This document shows, one piece after another, positions 38,015-53,929 of a stretch of 64,000 nt of DNA. Origin of the DNA: Octopus sinensis. Its lineage: Eukaryota. The stretch is from contig NC_043004.1 of assembly GCF_006345805.1 (NCBI RefSeq), forward strand, positions 68,572,001 through 68,636,000, written 5' to 3'. A program made the translations under genes and the position numbers. Within the stretch, counting starts at the first letter, position 1. Each line of letters starts with the position of its first letter. Below the pieces are notes generated by a model. That model had not been told where the DNA came from. It saw only the letters and a program-made list of their open reading frames with translations, and made no database searches.

Positions 38015-39425
38015 CTTCTGTTAACAATTGATGAGCGTATATCAGCAGAAGACCATGCATGGCTACGTAGTAGAAAGCTCCGGGATGACAGTAACATTGG
38101 TCATCAAAACAGTCTATCATGGACCAACAAGTGGATTATCAACTCTCACTTTGAAGTTTACAATCCAGGAACAGGAAATATCTCCAAATACCTAATATAC
38201 AAAAAGGACAAATCCGCAGAAACGCAGCAAAAGATGATAGCTGATGTAGACTTTGTAGAGTCAAGACTGAAGATATCACCCACATCATGAGCAGTTGTCC
38301 GAAAACGTCATATGGGTATTATCTATGATGTTGTAGCTAGCACAATCTATAATAAAATCAGTCGGAAGGATAAACCCGAGGACAAAGGAATAAGAATCCA
38401 CAGTATCGCAGAAGCTATAGTCACTCATAATTAAAATGAGAACGAGTGGAATGTCTCAGTGAAAACTTCAATAATATGTAAACACAATAGACCTGATATA
38501 ATGATATGGGATAGAGAAGAGAAACTGTGTGCAATTTTGGAAAACATCTGCCCGGCAGATATTAACATACAGCTATTATTAACAGATATTAACATACAGA
38601 TGAAAACCAGTGGAAACATAGAACACTTACTCTTTTACTATTTTACTTGTTTCATTCATTTAACTGTGGCTGTGCTGAAGCACCGCTTTTAGTCGAGGAA
38701 ATCGACCCCAGGACTTAAGCCTAGTACTTATTCTATCCGTTGTCAAGCGATGTTGGGAGGACAGCACAGACACACAAACGTATACGCATACACACACACA
38801 CACCACACACACACACACACAACACACACATATATATGTACATATATACGACGGGCTGCTTTCAGTTTCCGTCTACCAAATCCATTCACAAGGCTTTGGT
38901 CAGCCCGAGGCTATAGTAGATGACACTTGCCCAAGGTGCCAGGTTGTGGGACTGAACCCGGAACCATGTGGTTCGTAAGCAAGTTACTTACCACACAGCC
39001 ACTCCTACGCCTTTTTTGAGGAATCTACAGTTACTCTATTGAGATTACGAGTTCAGATTTATACCTGTAATTATTGGGGCAATGGGATATATAAGACACT
39101 GACTATGTACCAATTTTGAGAAATTAGGCTTCTCGAAACTAGAAAGGAGAAAGCTGATTCGAAGACTACAGATCCAAGCCATCACTGGAACTGTAAAAAT
39201 CTGTAAAACTTTCCAGAAGTCTATATGCAACTATATGCATGGGAATGCATAAAACAAAACATACAAATCTGCACATATACATGCATACAACATAACATAC
39301 ATACATACATACATACATACCCAAATACCACGTCGATGGTATTGATATTCCGATGAAGGAGCCTTGGATGTAGCTTATAAACCGGTTCGCTCTCTATTGG
39401 CAAGAAATCTTGAAATAAAACTGAA
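38015..39425 (+). mobile_element. R4/Dong-type RLE LINE remnant (zinc knuckle + restriction-like endonuclease), split by a SINE
   Basis: CRLCRVKTEDITHIMSSCPK (CCHC) from 38245, HNRPDIMIWDREEKLC (PD motif), and FIPVIIGAMG..QIQAITGTVKICK after the SINE. Confidence 0.85.
38628..39011 (-). mobile_element. SINE family B inserted into the RLE LINE
   Basis: Homology to 35837-36250. Confidence 0.85.
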
Positions 39426-39472
39426 TAATGTTATATATATATATACTGTCTCTCTCAGACACACACACACAA

Positions 39473-39531
<59 letters not shown>

Positions 39532-39860
39532 CACACACACACATTCATACATAGATGCAGACATATATACAAAGCAGCATAGAAACATGTAATATATTTA
39601 GTGTAGCAAGTTCAGATAAACATTTACTCGTTAAAATCCATTTGACCTGGAATAGCTATCAGTGAATAGTTTCTAAAAAGAAAATTTAATTTTAGGACTT
39701 GCTAAATTAATTCTCACACATGGATAATAAGCAGTATCACACCTTTTTTCTACAAGAGCACGTGTGTTCATTGCGCACTCACAATGGTGTTGAACCAGCA
39801 GAAACAACGTGCAGATGACAAGAAAATCATGCATGCATACTTATGTGCGAACGTTCGCGC

Positions 39861-39918
<58 letters not shown>

Positions 39919-40065
39919 GCACACACACATATACACACCAACACATCTATTATATATGTATATATATATATGCATATATATGTATATATATAAACATATA
40001 TGCTTATGTATTTGTCTGCTTAAATCTTTATATATTCACACATGATTGATATATATATATATCGA

Positions 40066-40282
40066 TTACTCTTTTATTTGTTTCAGTCATTTGACTGCGG
40101 GCATGCTGGAGCACCGCCTTTAGTCGATCAAATCGACCCCAGGACTTATTCTTTGGAAGCCTGGTACTTATTATGTCGGTATCCTTTGCCGAACCGTTAA
40201 GTAATGGAGACGTAAACACACCAGCATCGGTTGTGAAGCAATGTAGGGGGACACACAAATACATAAATTTATACACACACAA

Positions 40283-40313
<31 letters not shown>

Positions 40314-40325
40314 ATATATATATAG

Positions 40326-40359
<34 letters not shown>

Positions 40360-40395
40360 TATATGTATATATATATATATGTATTATATATATAT

Positions 40396-40459
<64 letters not shown>

Positions 40460-40614
40460 CATATATACGACGGGCTTCTCTACCAAATCTATTCACAATA
40501 TTTGGTCGGCCCGAGGATATAGTAGAAGACACTTACCTAAGGTGCCACGCAGTGGGACTGAACACGGAACCATGTGGTTCGTAAGCAATTTACTTACCTC
40601 GCAGCCACTTCTGC

Positions 40615-40616
<2 letters not shown>
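40066..40616 (-). mobile_element. SINE family B with expanded internal (TA)n
   Basis: Tail at 40066-40260 and head at 40468-40616. Confidence 0.85.
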
Positions 40617-40655
<39 letters not shown>

Positions 40656-40999
40656 ATATATGTGTATTTATACATATATGTATGTTTATTTGTATGCGTA
40701 TTACTATACACACATGTATTCATATGGGCGCTGATATATGAATTATATGTACATGCATTTATATACCTGTACGTGAACGCACTCGAACCTACACATTCAC
40801 ACTCACACACACAAACCTACACACACACACAAGAGCACACACGCGCACACACATTTACATACATATTTACACTACATACATATTTACGCTAAAATGTCTC
40901 ACTAAAATTTTTGATATTTGTATCCAACAATCTTATGTTTGTTGGAAATTTTCGGATCAAAATAAAATTACTACATACCAACATGCAAGCATACACTCA

Positions 41000-41031
<32 letters not shown>

Positions 41032-41101
41032 CATATACACATACATATACAACACACACCACACACCACATATATATATATATGTATATATATATCTATA
41101 A

Positions 41102-41145
<44 letters not shown>

Positions 41146-41620
41146 CATGCATACTACATAATATGCAGATTTATATAAAATCTTAGAAGTAGCGGATGTT
41201 TTTTAAAGAAAGAATGAAAAGCAAGAAAAAGAAACTAATGGCATCTATTAGGGGCCATTATGAATATCTGTAAGTAATTCCAATCTATTAAGGGCCATTA
41301 TAGATATCTGTAAGTAATTCTAAAGGATCTTCATTTGAGATTCTTTATATGACTAGATGCACCCACTTGGGTGTGTACTTCGATGGTTGAATGAAGAAGC
41401 CACATATTGGCAAGTACCGCAAACTGTCGTAATTCAAATGTCTGTTTTCTTTAGCGACCGACTTCAACTGCCCTAAACTTCAAAGAACAAATAAAACGTA
41501 CATGGTTGCCTACGCAACACACTGACACCCACACACACACACAAACGCTCTCATATTCAAAGTGAAACGCGATCCTGCTCTTCTTTTATACTTTTCACTT
41601 ACAATATTACATTTACTTAA

Positions 41621-42386
41621 AGCGGCGAACTGGCAGAAACGTTAGCACGGCGGGCGAAACGCTTATCGGTATTTCGTCTGCCGTTACGTTGTGAGTTCAA
41701 ATTCCGCCGAGGTCGACTTTGCCTTTCATCCTTTCGGGGTCGATAAATCAAGTACCAGTGACGCACTGGGGTCGATGTAATCGACTTAATACCTATGTCT
41801 GTCCTTGTTTGTCCCCTCTGTGTTTAGCCCCTTGTGGGTAATAAAGAAATAGATATTTCGTCTACCGTTACGTTGTGAGTTCAAATTCCGCCGAGGTCGA
41901 CTTTGCCTTTCATCCTTTCGGGGTCGATAAATTGAGTACCAGTTACGTACTGGGATCACGATGTAATCCACTTAATACCTATGTCTGTCCTTGTTTTGTC
42001 CTCTATGTGTTTAGCCCCTTGTGGGTAGTAAAGAAATAAGTATTTCGTCTGTCTTTACGTTGTGAGTTCAAATTGCACCGAGGTCGACTTTGCCTTTGAT
42101 CCTTCCGGGGTCGATTAAATAAGTACCAGTTACGCACTGGGGTCGATATAATCGACTTAATCCGTTTGTCTTTCCTTGTTTGTCCTCCCTGTGTTTAGCC
42201 CCTTGTGGGTAGTAAAGAAATAGGTATTTCGTCTGTCTTTACGTTCTGAGTTCAAATTGCGCCGAGGTCGACTTTCCCTTTCATCCTTTCGGGGCCGATA
42301 AATTAAGTACCAGATGCGTACTGCGGTCGATCTAATCGATTGGCCCCCTCCACAAAACGTTCGGACCTTGTAACTATTGTAGAAAG
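41621..42386 (+). mobile_element. SINE family A, about four tandem ~185-bp units
   Basis: The unit tatttcgtct...aaagaaata restarts near 41670, 41853, 42040 and 42225. The last unit has a different tail. Confidence 0.9.
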
Positions 42387-43565
42387 TAATATCTACACTT
42401 ATAATACTCTGCTATCTTTGAACCTACTATTCAGGTCCTTGAGTGTCTTTTCCTGCTGTAACGAGTAAACTTTGTGTTGTCATGCACACACACACACATA
42501 CATGAATACATATTATGTATATACATATATATGCATAACTACATTCATACACACATACATAGATATATCACACCAATATCTACGTGCACATATGTTATAT
42601 ATATATATATATATATAGATATATATTTATATATATCTATATAATATACATACATACATACATTATACATACATATATATATATCTAAGGCACACCTTTA
42701 TAGAGACAGAAACATAACACATATACACATATACATACGTACGTTGATACATACATACATATATAATATATATATACATATGTATATATGTATATATATG
42801 TATACATACATATGTGTGTGTGCGTTTATGTGCACGTGTGTATGAGTGTGTGTGTTGTGATTAACCAGTTGGTTATATAATTAACTAAAACGAACCGTTC
42901 CACTGATCTCACCTGAAAAGTAACGTAATAGAAGCAAATTTACCAAAACATCGCTTTATGACGTCATCGAGACCTATTTGTTGCACCGTTCGTTGGTGGA
43001 ATTTCAGACTTTATGGAATTACTATATTATGGATAATTTGATGATCTCCGTTGAAGGAAACAATTATCGGTAAGAATTTAATCTTTACTTTTTCTGTTTA
43101 GAAATCTAATATCTGTTCTGTTTGGCAAGCCATAGTTACACAGCAGAGGGTGAAGCAGCCATTTTGGATTGTGATAATATTTAAACTGTAAACCGAATTT
43201 CTAAGCTTCTCACGTCGCCAGTTGCATATTCGTGTGCACCTTATTACATTAGCTAATGTATGGCTTTTTTTTTCTTGTTTGGTGTGTAGTTTATTTATTC
43301 ATCACCTACACTCACCACGAAACTGCTCTGAACGAAGAGTTAAAAAGTGTAAATATATTTGTTGCTTGAGTGACACTGACATATATGAATATATGTATAT
43401 GTATGCATATATACATACATACATATATACATACATATATATATGTGTGTGTGGTGTACATATATGTGTATATATTCATATATTTATGCATATATACACA
43501 TTTATATATGTTTAAATACGTACATGCATAAATATATATGTACTTTATCTGTCTGTCTATCTCTG

Positions 43566-43669
<104 letters not shown>

Positions 43670-43710
43670 ATCTATCTATCTATCTATCTATCTATCTACT
43701 ATCTATCTAC

Positions 43711-43787
<77 letters not shown>

Positions 43788-43847
43788 GTCTATCTATCTA
43801 TTTGTAGTATGCAAAATATTACAGTACATTTCCCAACTTTTACATTA

Positions 43848-43896
<49 letters not shown>

Positions 43897-43948
43897 CAGA
43901 CAGAGAAAGAGAGAGGAGAGTAGGTAGGAGAGAGATGGATAGAAAGGA

Positions 43949-44003
<55 letters not shown>

Positions 44004-44808
44004 ACATATGTATATATCTATGTGCGCATATTTATGAATATATACGCATACGCCTACATCTTGCCTAAGTTAAAAGTTATTCATATTGATTCTCTTACGT
44101 AAAACCGTAACACCCTCTATGGACACACTACAGGATTGTTGAATGTATGTCTTTAGGTTAACTTCTGACTGTATTCACAAACCAATTTCTACGTGAACCT
44201 ACAGGGCGTATCAATAATAAATAACTGTGCAACAGTACTCCTTGTCATATGTATATCACCGATGTTCTATAATGTTATATTATGCATTCTGCTTTAGTGT
44301 TAGCAGTGACACGAATGCCTAGTTTTGGAGCTAATTTACTAATTCAAAGGCGCACGTGTAGGAGTGAGCTTATTGTAGTTACAAATACACTCACACCCAT
44401 GCAACCGCACTTCGACACACCGCGATGGGGATGAGCATGTGCGAGAAAAGACATACACACACGTGCACAAACACAGACAGAATATCTATATGGAAATATA
44501 GGTGCACATATATTATTTATGCATATAATTGTTCGCAGACGAACACACATCCACCATAAATCCATAGAAAAAATATGTTTGTACATACATACATATGTAT
44601 GAACATGTATAAGTATATACATACATGCATGAATGCATACATACATACATACATATATATATATATATATTAAGAGAGACAAACAGACAGACGTATTAGC
44701 ATGCACGTATAAATATCACCATATATGTAGTCACATGCGTATTTATTCATTTGCATATACTTATAAAATTTACATATGTGAATATGAGTATATACACACA
44801 CATATGTA

Positions 44809-44880
<72 letters not shown>

Positions 44881-45376
44881 TACGCATATACATTTACATG
44901 TATAGATGTATATATAAATTTACCACACTAAGCACACACACCATATGCATGCGCACACTGAATACATGTGTATTATATATATATATATATATATGACATA
45001 TATACATATGTATATACATGATATCTATATATATACATATCAGCATAATTATATACATAAATATAGATGCGTATCTGAGTATATGTGTGTGTACATATAT
45101 ATGTGTATTAAGGAATATATTTGTATATGTGTGTGTGTATGCGTGTGTGTGTGTGTGTGTGTGTGCATGCATATATATACGTACGTATATACATACGACG
45201 TAATAAATGATAAAAAATACGAAGAATATGAAGTTGGAAACTTCAAACGAAATCTGATAATGAGAATAGAAGTGGATATACAAGGAGGAGAAAAAAATTG
45301 TCGAAAATCTGAACAAGGAGGAGAAGATATCACAAGACTGTATGAGGCAGGGGTAAAGAGTTGATGAACAGAGAAG

Positions 45377-45409
<33 letters not shown>

Positions 45410-46553
45410 GGAGTGGTGAATGAGAGGGAGAGGGAGACGCAAAGTGTGTAAGACAAAGGTGGGGGGGGTGGAGTTAAGGGAGGTTGAGCAATATTCAGTG
45501 AAGATTTAGATGGAGAGCGTTCGCAAAAGTGACAGAAGTTTGAAAAGGATGAGAGAGTCGGAAAGACTAAGAAAGAAGAGAAAGAGAGAGAGAGAGAGGG
45601 AAAGAAAGGTAGGAAGAGTTAGAGAGGGAGAGGGAGAGGAAGAAAGAGAAGGGGAGAGTGAAAGAGGAGAGATAGGTAAAGAGAGGAAGAAAAATAGAGG
45701 AAAGAGAGAGAGGGAAGAATGAGCAAGATTTGTATAGATTTATGAGATTGAGAGAGCTTCCAAAAGTATTTGTGTGAGAGGTGGATGAGAGGAGAGCAAG
45801 AGGAGGAAAGATAGTCAGAGAAAGAAAAGGAGGGAGAGAGATTGGAATAGAAGGAGAGAACAAGAAGGAAAGAGCGGTAGATGGGGGGATGAATGGGAAA
45901 GGAAAATTAATTTTGAGTAAAGATTTATGGACAGTTTGCAAGGGTATTTGAGAAGGGGGAATGATAGGAGAGTGTAAGAAGATATAGGAGATAGTAAGAG
46001 AAGGAGAGAGTGGAAGAAAGCAAGAAAGAGAGAGAGATAGAGAAAGACAGAGAAAGGCAGAGAGAGGCGCAGAGAGAGAGAGAGAAAAAAAAGACAGAGA
46101 GAATGGGAGACAGGATTGACGAAGGGTACGTTAAGTGAACACCGACGTTCATTACCACGTGAAAAGAGCACTCACACATACACATACACATACACACTCT
46201 CTCTCACACACACACGCACTTACTCACTCACATACACATCCACACACACATACACACTCACACGCACATACACACACATTTGTATTCGCAAATTAAAGCT
46301 GACATGGTATAATCTAATATACAAGCTTAACTATATATATGTATTTATATATATATTTATATATATGTGTGTGCATGGTTGTGCACGCATGTGCGCACGT
46401 GTGTGTGTGTATACTGATCCTCTCCTTACAACCATTCTTTGCCTTGTGGAATTGATCCTCTGTAAAGACATCGGAGTTTAAGATTGAATCTTTGAGCACT
46501 ATTAAATGTCTTCTATGCTGGGAATCTTTCGATCTAATGTATGGCCTATATAC

Positions 46554-46588
<35 letters not shown>

Positions 46589-46644
46589 ATATACACACAC
46601 AGAGAAATAGAGATAATATACATACACAGACATACATATATATG

Positions 46645-46686
<42 letters not shown>

Positions 46687-46939
46687 TTTATATATTCACA
46701 CAGAGAAAGAAAGGAAGTTTATATATGTGTGTACGCATATGTGAGTACGTGTGCCTACGTATGAATATATAATGTATTGCAGAGTTGTACTCGTGTGGCG
46801 CCGCTAGTGACTTTACCTGAGACTTTATGGTGAAAGTAAAGCAATTACGTACCTCAAAGACATTCTTTGATCTTCGATGTGGTTGAAAAACCAATCCCAA
46901 CCAGTTGGGATTCACAGTGCGCCTTGTACTATTCATTCT

Positions 46940-47180
46940 TTCGATCGTTTCAATACAAAACGTGACTCGCAAAGGCTCCGTTCGGGTGATTTTCCCGAGT
47001 CACCGCCTCACCTTAGAACGGTAATCCGTCAGAGTTACCCATCTACACCTGAGTGGTCTGGACCAACGTGAAATGAAGTGTTTTGCTGAAAACATAACGC
47101 CCAGCTGTTCTGTGAATCGAAACCGCGATCTCACGATCGTGAATGCAATGGCGCTAATCACTAGGCCACGCATCTTCACG
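46940..47180 (-). mobile_element. Degenerate tRNA-derived SINE (family C/V-like)
   Basis: Minus-strand head gtggcctagtgattag...ggtttcgattc followed by gcaaaacacttcatttcacg. Confidence 0.6.
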
Positions 47181-47399
47181 TATTATTGGATGACTGTTGA
47201 CTTTCTTGACTTCCTTCGCTCTTTGACGGGTCTTGCTTTTTTCTTCCCTCAGGATTTCCAGTAAATCACTCTCCTCACCAAGAAAGCTCCATGGAGTGAC
47301 CAGTCTAGTCACTGATAACTCGACCATGCGACTGGTTGTGCTGGGTTACATTTCAACAGTAGCGCTCGAGAGGGACCTGAGGTAGAATATGCCAGGCAT

Positions 47400-47862
47400 A
47401 GGGTTAAGGTTAAAGACTCCCTTCAGTCATCAATCGCCATGGGTTTGCACCTAGAAAGTTCCCGTTCGAGGTACAAGTCCGGGCACGGTTGTTTATGGAA
47501 GATCAGTAATCACCCGTGCATACCAGCCCCCCTCTCCACGCCATTATATGTACATAGGGTAAAGGATAAAGAACCCACTTCGGTCGTAAATGAACATGGG
47601 ATTGCGCCTAGAAAGTTGTCCTCTGAGATACATGTCCAGGCAAGATTACTTATGGAAGACCAGCAGTGCCTATACATACCATCCACCTCTCTCCACGCCA
47701 CCAATGTGATCCAAGTGAAAGGCAAAGGCCGATACAGCTTGGCACCAGTGAAATCGCAACTCATTTCTACAGCTGAGTGAGCACAACACACAGTCGAATC
47801 CGAGAATCGAACTCACTACCCCATGATTGTGAGCCCATCGTTCTAACCAGTGAGCCATGCGT
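47400..47862 (-). mobile_element. tRNA-derived SINE family D with a duplicated 3' unit
   Basis: Head catggctcactggttagaa...gagttcgattc. The unit catgggattgcacctagaaagtt...ttatggaagaccag occurs twice. Relatives at 49830-50228, 50835-51120 and 51705-51785. Confidence 0.7.
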
Positions 47863-48092
47863 TACCATTTAATAACCGTTTTATCTTATTTAGTTCTAAT
47901 AATGACTTCTTTCACGATGTTATTTCTCTGCTCCATCAATTCGTTACTTTCTCACTGATGATGACATGTATGTGGTTGTTACTCGTTTTGTGTCCCACGA
48001 TTCTGCAGGATTTCATTCTTACACAAGAAATGGCTGTGTTGGGTACAAGTTATAGTCCACTTGTAATTGCCTTAAATATTTTGATCTCAGTT

Positions 48093-48270
48093 AAGGCGAA
48101 AAAGCTTATCGGCATTTAGCCAGTCTTTACGTTCTGAGTTCAAATTCCGCCGAGGTTGACTTTATCTTTCATCACTCCGGGATCAATAAAATAAGTACCA
48201 GTCGAACACTGTGGTCGACTTCATCGACTTTCCTTCTCCCAGAAATTGCTGGCCTTGTGCCAAAATTTGT
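48093..48270 (+). mobile_element. Diverged family A SINE fragment
   Basis: tctttacgttctgagttcaaattccgccgagg...aagtaccag. A more decayed inverted copy lies at ~48520-48720. Confidence 0.7.
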
Positions 48271-49341
48271 AATAGGTATTTTAATCCCAGTCTATTTGAT
48301 TCCATATAATGTATGTTTATGTCATGTTTTTGTAACTTTACGCATTTGAAATAGTTACACACATTTCTCTTTTGCAAACAAACGTTTGTATTTTGTCTTC
48401 ATTCTTTTTTTATCAAATACTGGGACTCATAAAGTCGGTTACCCAGATTCCATGACATTTAAGCGCCCGAAATGTCATTCTTCTTCTCGAACGGCACGCT
48501 GATACATTTCAGGTTTCAAAACCAGTAATTTTTGAGAGGGAAGGGCCAAGTTGATTATATTTATCCCAGCACTTGAATAGTAACTCTATTTCATCGACCC
48601 CGAACGAATGAAAAGCAAATTAACCCCAACGGGATTTGAACTCATTACTTAAAGAGCCTGAAGAAATGCAGCTAAACCTTTGTCCAACGAAAAAAAAAAA
48701 AAAACTCCCCGCTCGGTGCCTTGCGTCTGTTCATAACAGCTTTTAATTATGTTTTTGGATGTACACATTGATTTATGTATAGTAGCAATACTCGATATAT
48801 TTTATAATAACGTCGTTATTAACAGCTTATTGCTATGAGGCTTATACTTCAGAGACTGGCTGAACAAAAATTCTTCTTTACTTCTATCCAATATGTAGAG
48901 TTGGTGCCGACGTTGTGCCATACTTTTACTCGATAAATATCTAACCCTTTCATTCTTTCTAAGAATATTTTTTCTCGTCGTATATCGAATTTTTTGTAAA
49001 AATATTTCAAAATGACTATCGGTAGTTGATCGCTGTGTAGTCTTCTACTATACTACAAAATGTTTCAAATAAATCAAAATGGGTTTTATTATTTGCTTAG
49101 CATGTGATTTATATTCAAAGAGTTTTGTCACCATAAATCGAATATTAGTGCAAAGGGCAACCATATCAGGTCTGATATAGGTTTTCAGAATAAAAAAGTA
49201 AAAGAAAAAATATGTCCTGTAGTCATAGAGGTGTTACCCCATAAATGTGAACTCAACTAACAGAATCTCTACGAAGGGCAATATTTGCAAACAACTGGTT
49301 TGAAACCCGTTGCTTCTCTACCCTGATTTCAAATTCACATT

Positions 49342-49543
49342 TAGGAGGGGGTGCTGAAAAGTCCCTGGCTTTGGATAAAAGAAAATACAGGAGGATCAGT
49401 TAAACATATTCCCCTCTCAGAGTCACACACTTATTGTAGTGGTCCTTCAGTTCTCCTAAGCCCTGTAAAAGATCTCGGAATCTTGGGCCTCCAATGAGAT
49501 ATTTCGTGAAACCCTTAAAGCTAGGAGTATATCAGCACCTCAT
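49342..49543. mobile_element. Mariner-type MITE (~200 bp)
   Basis: Imperfect TIRs ggtgctgaaaagtccctggcttt / aaagctaggagtatatcagcacc, preceded by TA. Confidence 0.65.
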
Positions 49544-49829
49544 CATTTACCAGAATTTTTGGAGCACTTGTTTATATTAGTAAATGTCTAATCTGAAAAA
49601 GTAAAATTTTCAAAGAAAGGAATAAGCTAACAGGCACTCTGTTAATACAACCTGTAAGTGGAACGGGAAAAATGTGTAAGGATTTAAAAAAAGTTCAACA
49701 TGTAATTCCTATCGGAGTTATCAAAATTCCAGGGATGCAGGCTTGCTTCTCTGTTTGCCTTGTTTCCTTTTAGGAAGAATTCAAAGAATTAAAAGAGAAA
49801 ACGAAACATTCAATAACATTTTAAAATAA

Positions 49830-50228
49830 GGGTAACGACCTTTTTCAGTTACAAATGACCATAGATTGCATCAAGAAAGTTCTCTCTTACCCCGTGGGGA
49901 ATGTCCGAGCAAGGTTGTTTATGGAAGACCAATAGTCGCCCGTGCATACCAGCCTTCCTTCTTCACACCATTACACGTACATAGGGTAATGGTTAAACAC
50001 CACCTTCTGTCACAAATGACCATAGGATTGCACCTACAAAGTCACCCACCCAGGCGCAATTCGGAGCAAGGTTGTTTATGGAAGAGATATCTACAAATGA
50101 GTGAACTGGAGCTGCGTGAAATAAAGTGTCTTGCTCAAGAACACAACACAACAGAGAACCTGGTCCAGGAATCGAAATCACTACCTCACGACTCTGAGCC
50201 TAGAACTCTAACCACTTAGCCAAGCGTT
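49830..50228 (-). mobile_element. SINE family D copy
   Basis: Homology to 47400-47862; tRNA-like head at 50160-50228. Confidence 0.65.
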
Positions 50229-50834
50229 TTCTCCTAAGAAAATAACATATCAGAAACACATATGAGATATTAGTCGAAGTACTGAATAAATGCAAGTAGT
50301 AACATATGACTGGCGATATGATTGTGTTATTGTGATGGCCGTGGTAGTTTGTGGTATAGGTATTTGTGTTGTTGGTATTTGCGAGGTGGTATTGCAGTTG
50401 TGGTATTCTTGATCTTGTGGTGACATTGTTGTTGTTGGTGCCTGTGTTTGTGGCTGTGGTGGTAGTGATGTTAGTATGGGTTTTGCTTGTAGTGTTGATG
50501 TGATGGTAATGATGATGTATAAAGGCCTTGGTTGCATCGATATTTGTGCCAGTAAGGGATGTTGTGTTAGTGGTCGTTGTTGTTTTCGCGGGATCGATGG
50601 AACTGGAGATCTTTCTGGCGTGGTTGATCTTCCTAGTGCTGTAGTAGTAGTAGTTGTTGTTACTGATGGTGGTAGTAGTGATGTTGGTATGTTATGTGGT
50701 TGTTGGTGTATTGGTAGTATTTATGCTGTTACTACTGGTGGTAGTGTTAGTAGCGTTATTATGCTATAATCTACGTTGGTAGTCTTGGTATTGTTGTTGT
50801 TGTTGTTAGGAGTATTTATGTTGTTATTAAGACT

Positions 50835-51785
<951 letters not shown>

Positions 51786-52679
51786 GTATTGATGGTAGTC
51801 ATAGTAACGATGTTAGTCTATGGTTTAAGTTGGTACTGTTGTTGTTGCTATGTTGGTAGTGTTTGAGTTGTTGTTGTTGGTGGTATTATAGGTTTTCGTG
51901 CTGGTGTTGTTCGCTGCTACTTTTCTTGTTGATGGTGTTGTTGGTGGTCATTGGTATTGTTGTTGGTGTTAGCTGTGGTTTTGGTAAGTTTTCGGTGGTT
52001 TTGATGATCGCAGTTTTTGGTGGTGGAGGCGTTGGTGATGGTGATAAATGTAATTGTCGTTGATGGTGGCGGTGGTGATGTTGATAATATTGCTGCAGTC
52101 GGTCGTTATCGTTTGGTGTTCACGATACCAGTGGTGGTACTGGTGCCCGTCGTTGCATATTAGTCGTGGTCTTTGATGTTAGTGGTCGTGGTGGTACTGG
52201 AGTTGTTGGTGTTGCTGTTATTGTTAGTAGTCAGGTTTATGTTGTTAGTGGTAGCGTTGTTGGTAGCGATGATAGCAGTGGTACTTCAAATCTCCACCTA
52301 CTGACTGGAGGTGAAACGGCAATTCAGAAATTATAGCCTGTAGGTATGTTGTTATAATGTGTGAGGCGAAAGAAACACTCCACCTCCATTCAACATATAT
52401 TTACTTCTAGCGCTCGCTAGTGATGACAGCACGCATGCCCCAAGTTACGTAGAACTGGAGAGGAAATGGTGGACGCGAGAGAGAGAGAGAGAGGGAAAAA
52501 ACGAGAGACAGAAAGAGATTGAGTGAGAGAGAGGGAAAGAGGAAGGGAGAGAGAGGAAGAGAGAGAGATAGAGAGATTCAGTGAGTCTTGAAGAGTGCGA
52601 GGAAATAAATAGATGCTATTGTGCTCAGATGATTAGAGGAGAATGGGCGGTGAGACGAGGAGTCAAAATGGAAAACAGT

Positions 52680-52844
52680 AATAATGATGATGATGATGAT
52701 GATGATGATGACGATGATGATGACGATGATGATGATGATGATGATAATGATGATGATGATGATGATGAAGATAATAATAATAATAATGGCAACAAGAACC
52801 CTGCCTATAGTAGGTACTATAATAATTGCAATAATAATAATTGC

Positions 52845-52891
<47 letters not shown>

Positions 52892-52895
52892 TAAT
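52680..52895. repeat. (GAT)n/(AAT)n tracts
   Basis: Direct reading; similar (AAT)n/(ATT)n at 61409-61790. Confidence 0.95.
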
Positions 52896-53283
52896 ACTAA
52901 TATATGATGCTGACTTCTTTTGGGTGGTAATAAAAGTAAATAAAACACGAAGTCGTTCTCTAAAACTAGCAGTGGAAGAAGGCCATCACGTGACGGCATT
53001 TCCTTCCTTAAGATTCAGAAATTACGTCCAGCGGTTGTACGTGAACAATGATTATGTGTAAGTATGAATGTATGTATATATAAATTTATGTATGTATACA
53101 AGTGTACACAAATGCGCACGCATACACACATACACACAGACATATATCAGACGTTTATGCGTATATATACGCGTATTTACATATATTTGCATATGTCCAC
53201 ACATACGCACATATAACGTGTGTGTGTATATTTATATCAACGCGCACACACAAATATATACATTTATGCATGTATACATACAT

Positions 53284-53361
<78 letters not shown>

Positions 53362-53825
53362 ATATAAATTTATATATATATGCATTGTGGTGTGTATTTA
53401 TGTGTGCATTTTGTATATACATATGTAATTGTACATATTTATATATACACATACACACACTCACACACATATATATACACATATCATATATACCCATGTA
53501 TGTATATGTATAAGTAGTATATGTATACACAGTTACATATATCTCTCATATACCTACTTATTGATTCGCGGAATAATTGAAGAGGCGGTAAAAAAAATGC
53601 GTGGATGACTATCAAATAAAGAAGCAGTGACGTAAAAGGAATATATCAACTGCATTTCTTCAGGACATTTATATAGAATTCAGTAGTCTTTGATATTAGT
53701 TAGATGTGAGTGTAGGAACTTCTACACGTTATGTAGGTATTTGGAGTAGGTGAGAGAAAAAGTCAAGAAGACAGAGGGAGAAAGAAAGATAAAGAGAGGA
53801 ATAAAGATAGATAGATTGATATATA

Positions 53826-53870
<45 letters not shown>

Positions 53871-53929
53871 GTGGAAGAGAGCTTGGCGAGCAGAAGTGCA
53901 AGTGTGTTATAATATGTATACACATATAA

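Noticed and set aside
41621-42386. CRISPR-like or satellite array
   Set aside because: Units are ~185-bp SINE bodies without unique spacers, in a eukaryotic context.
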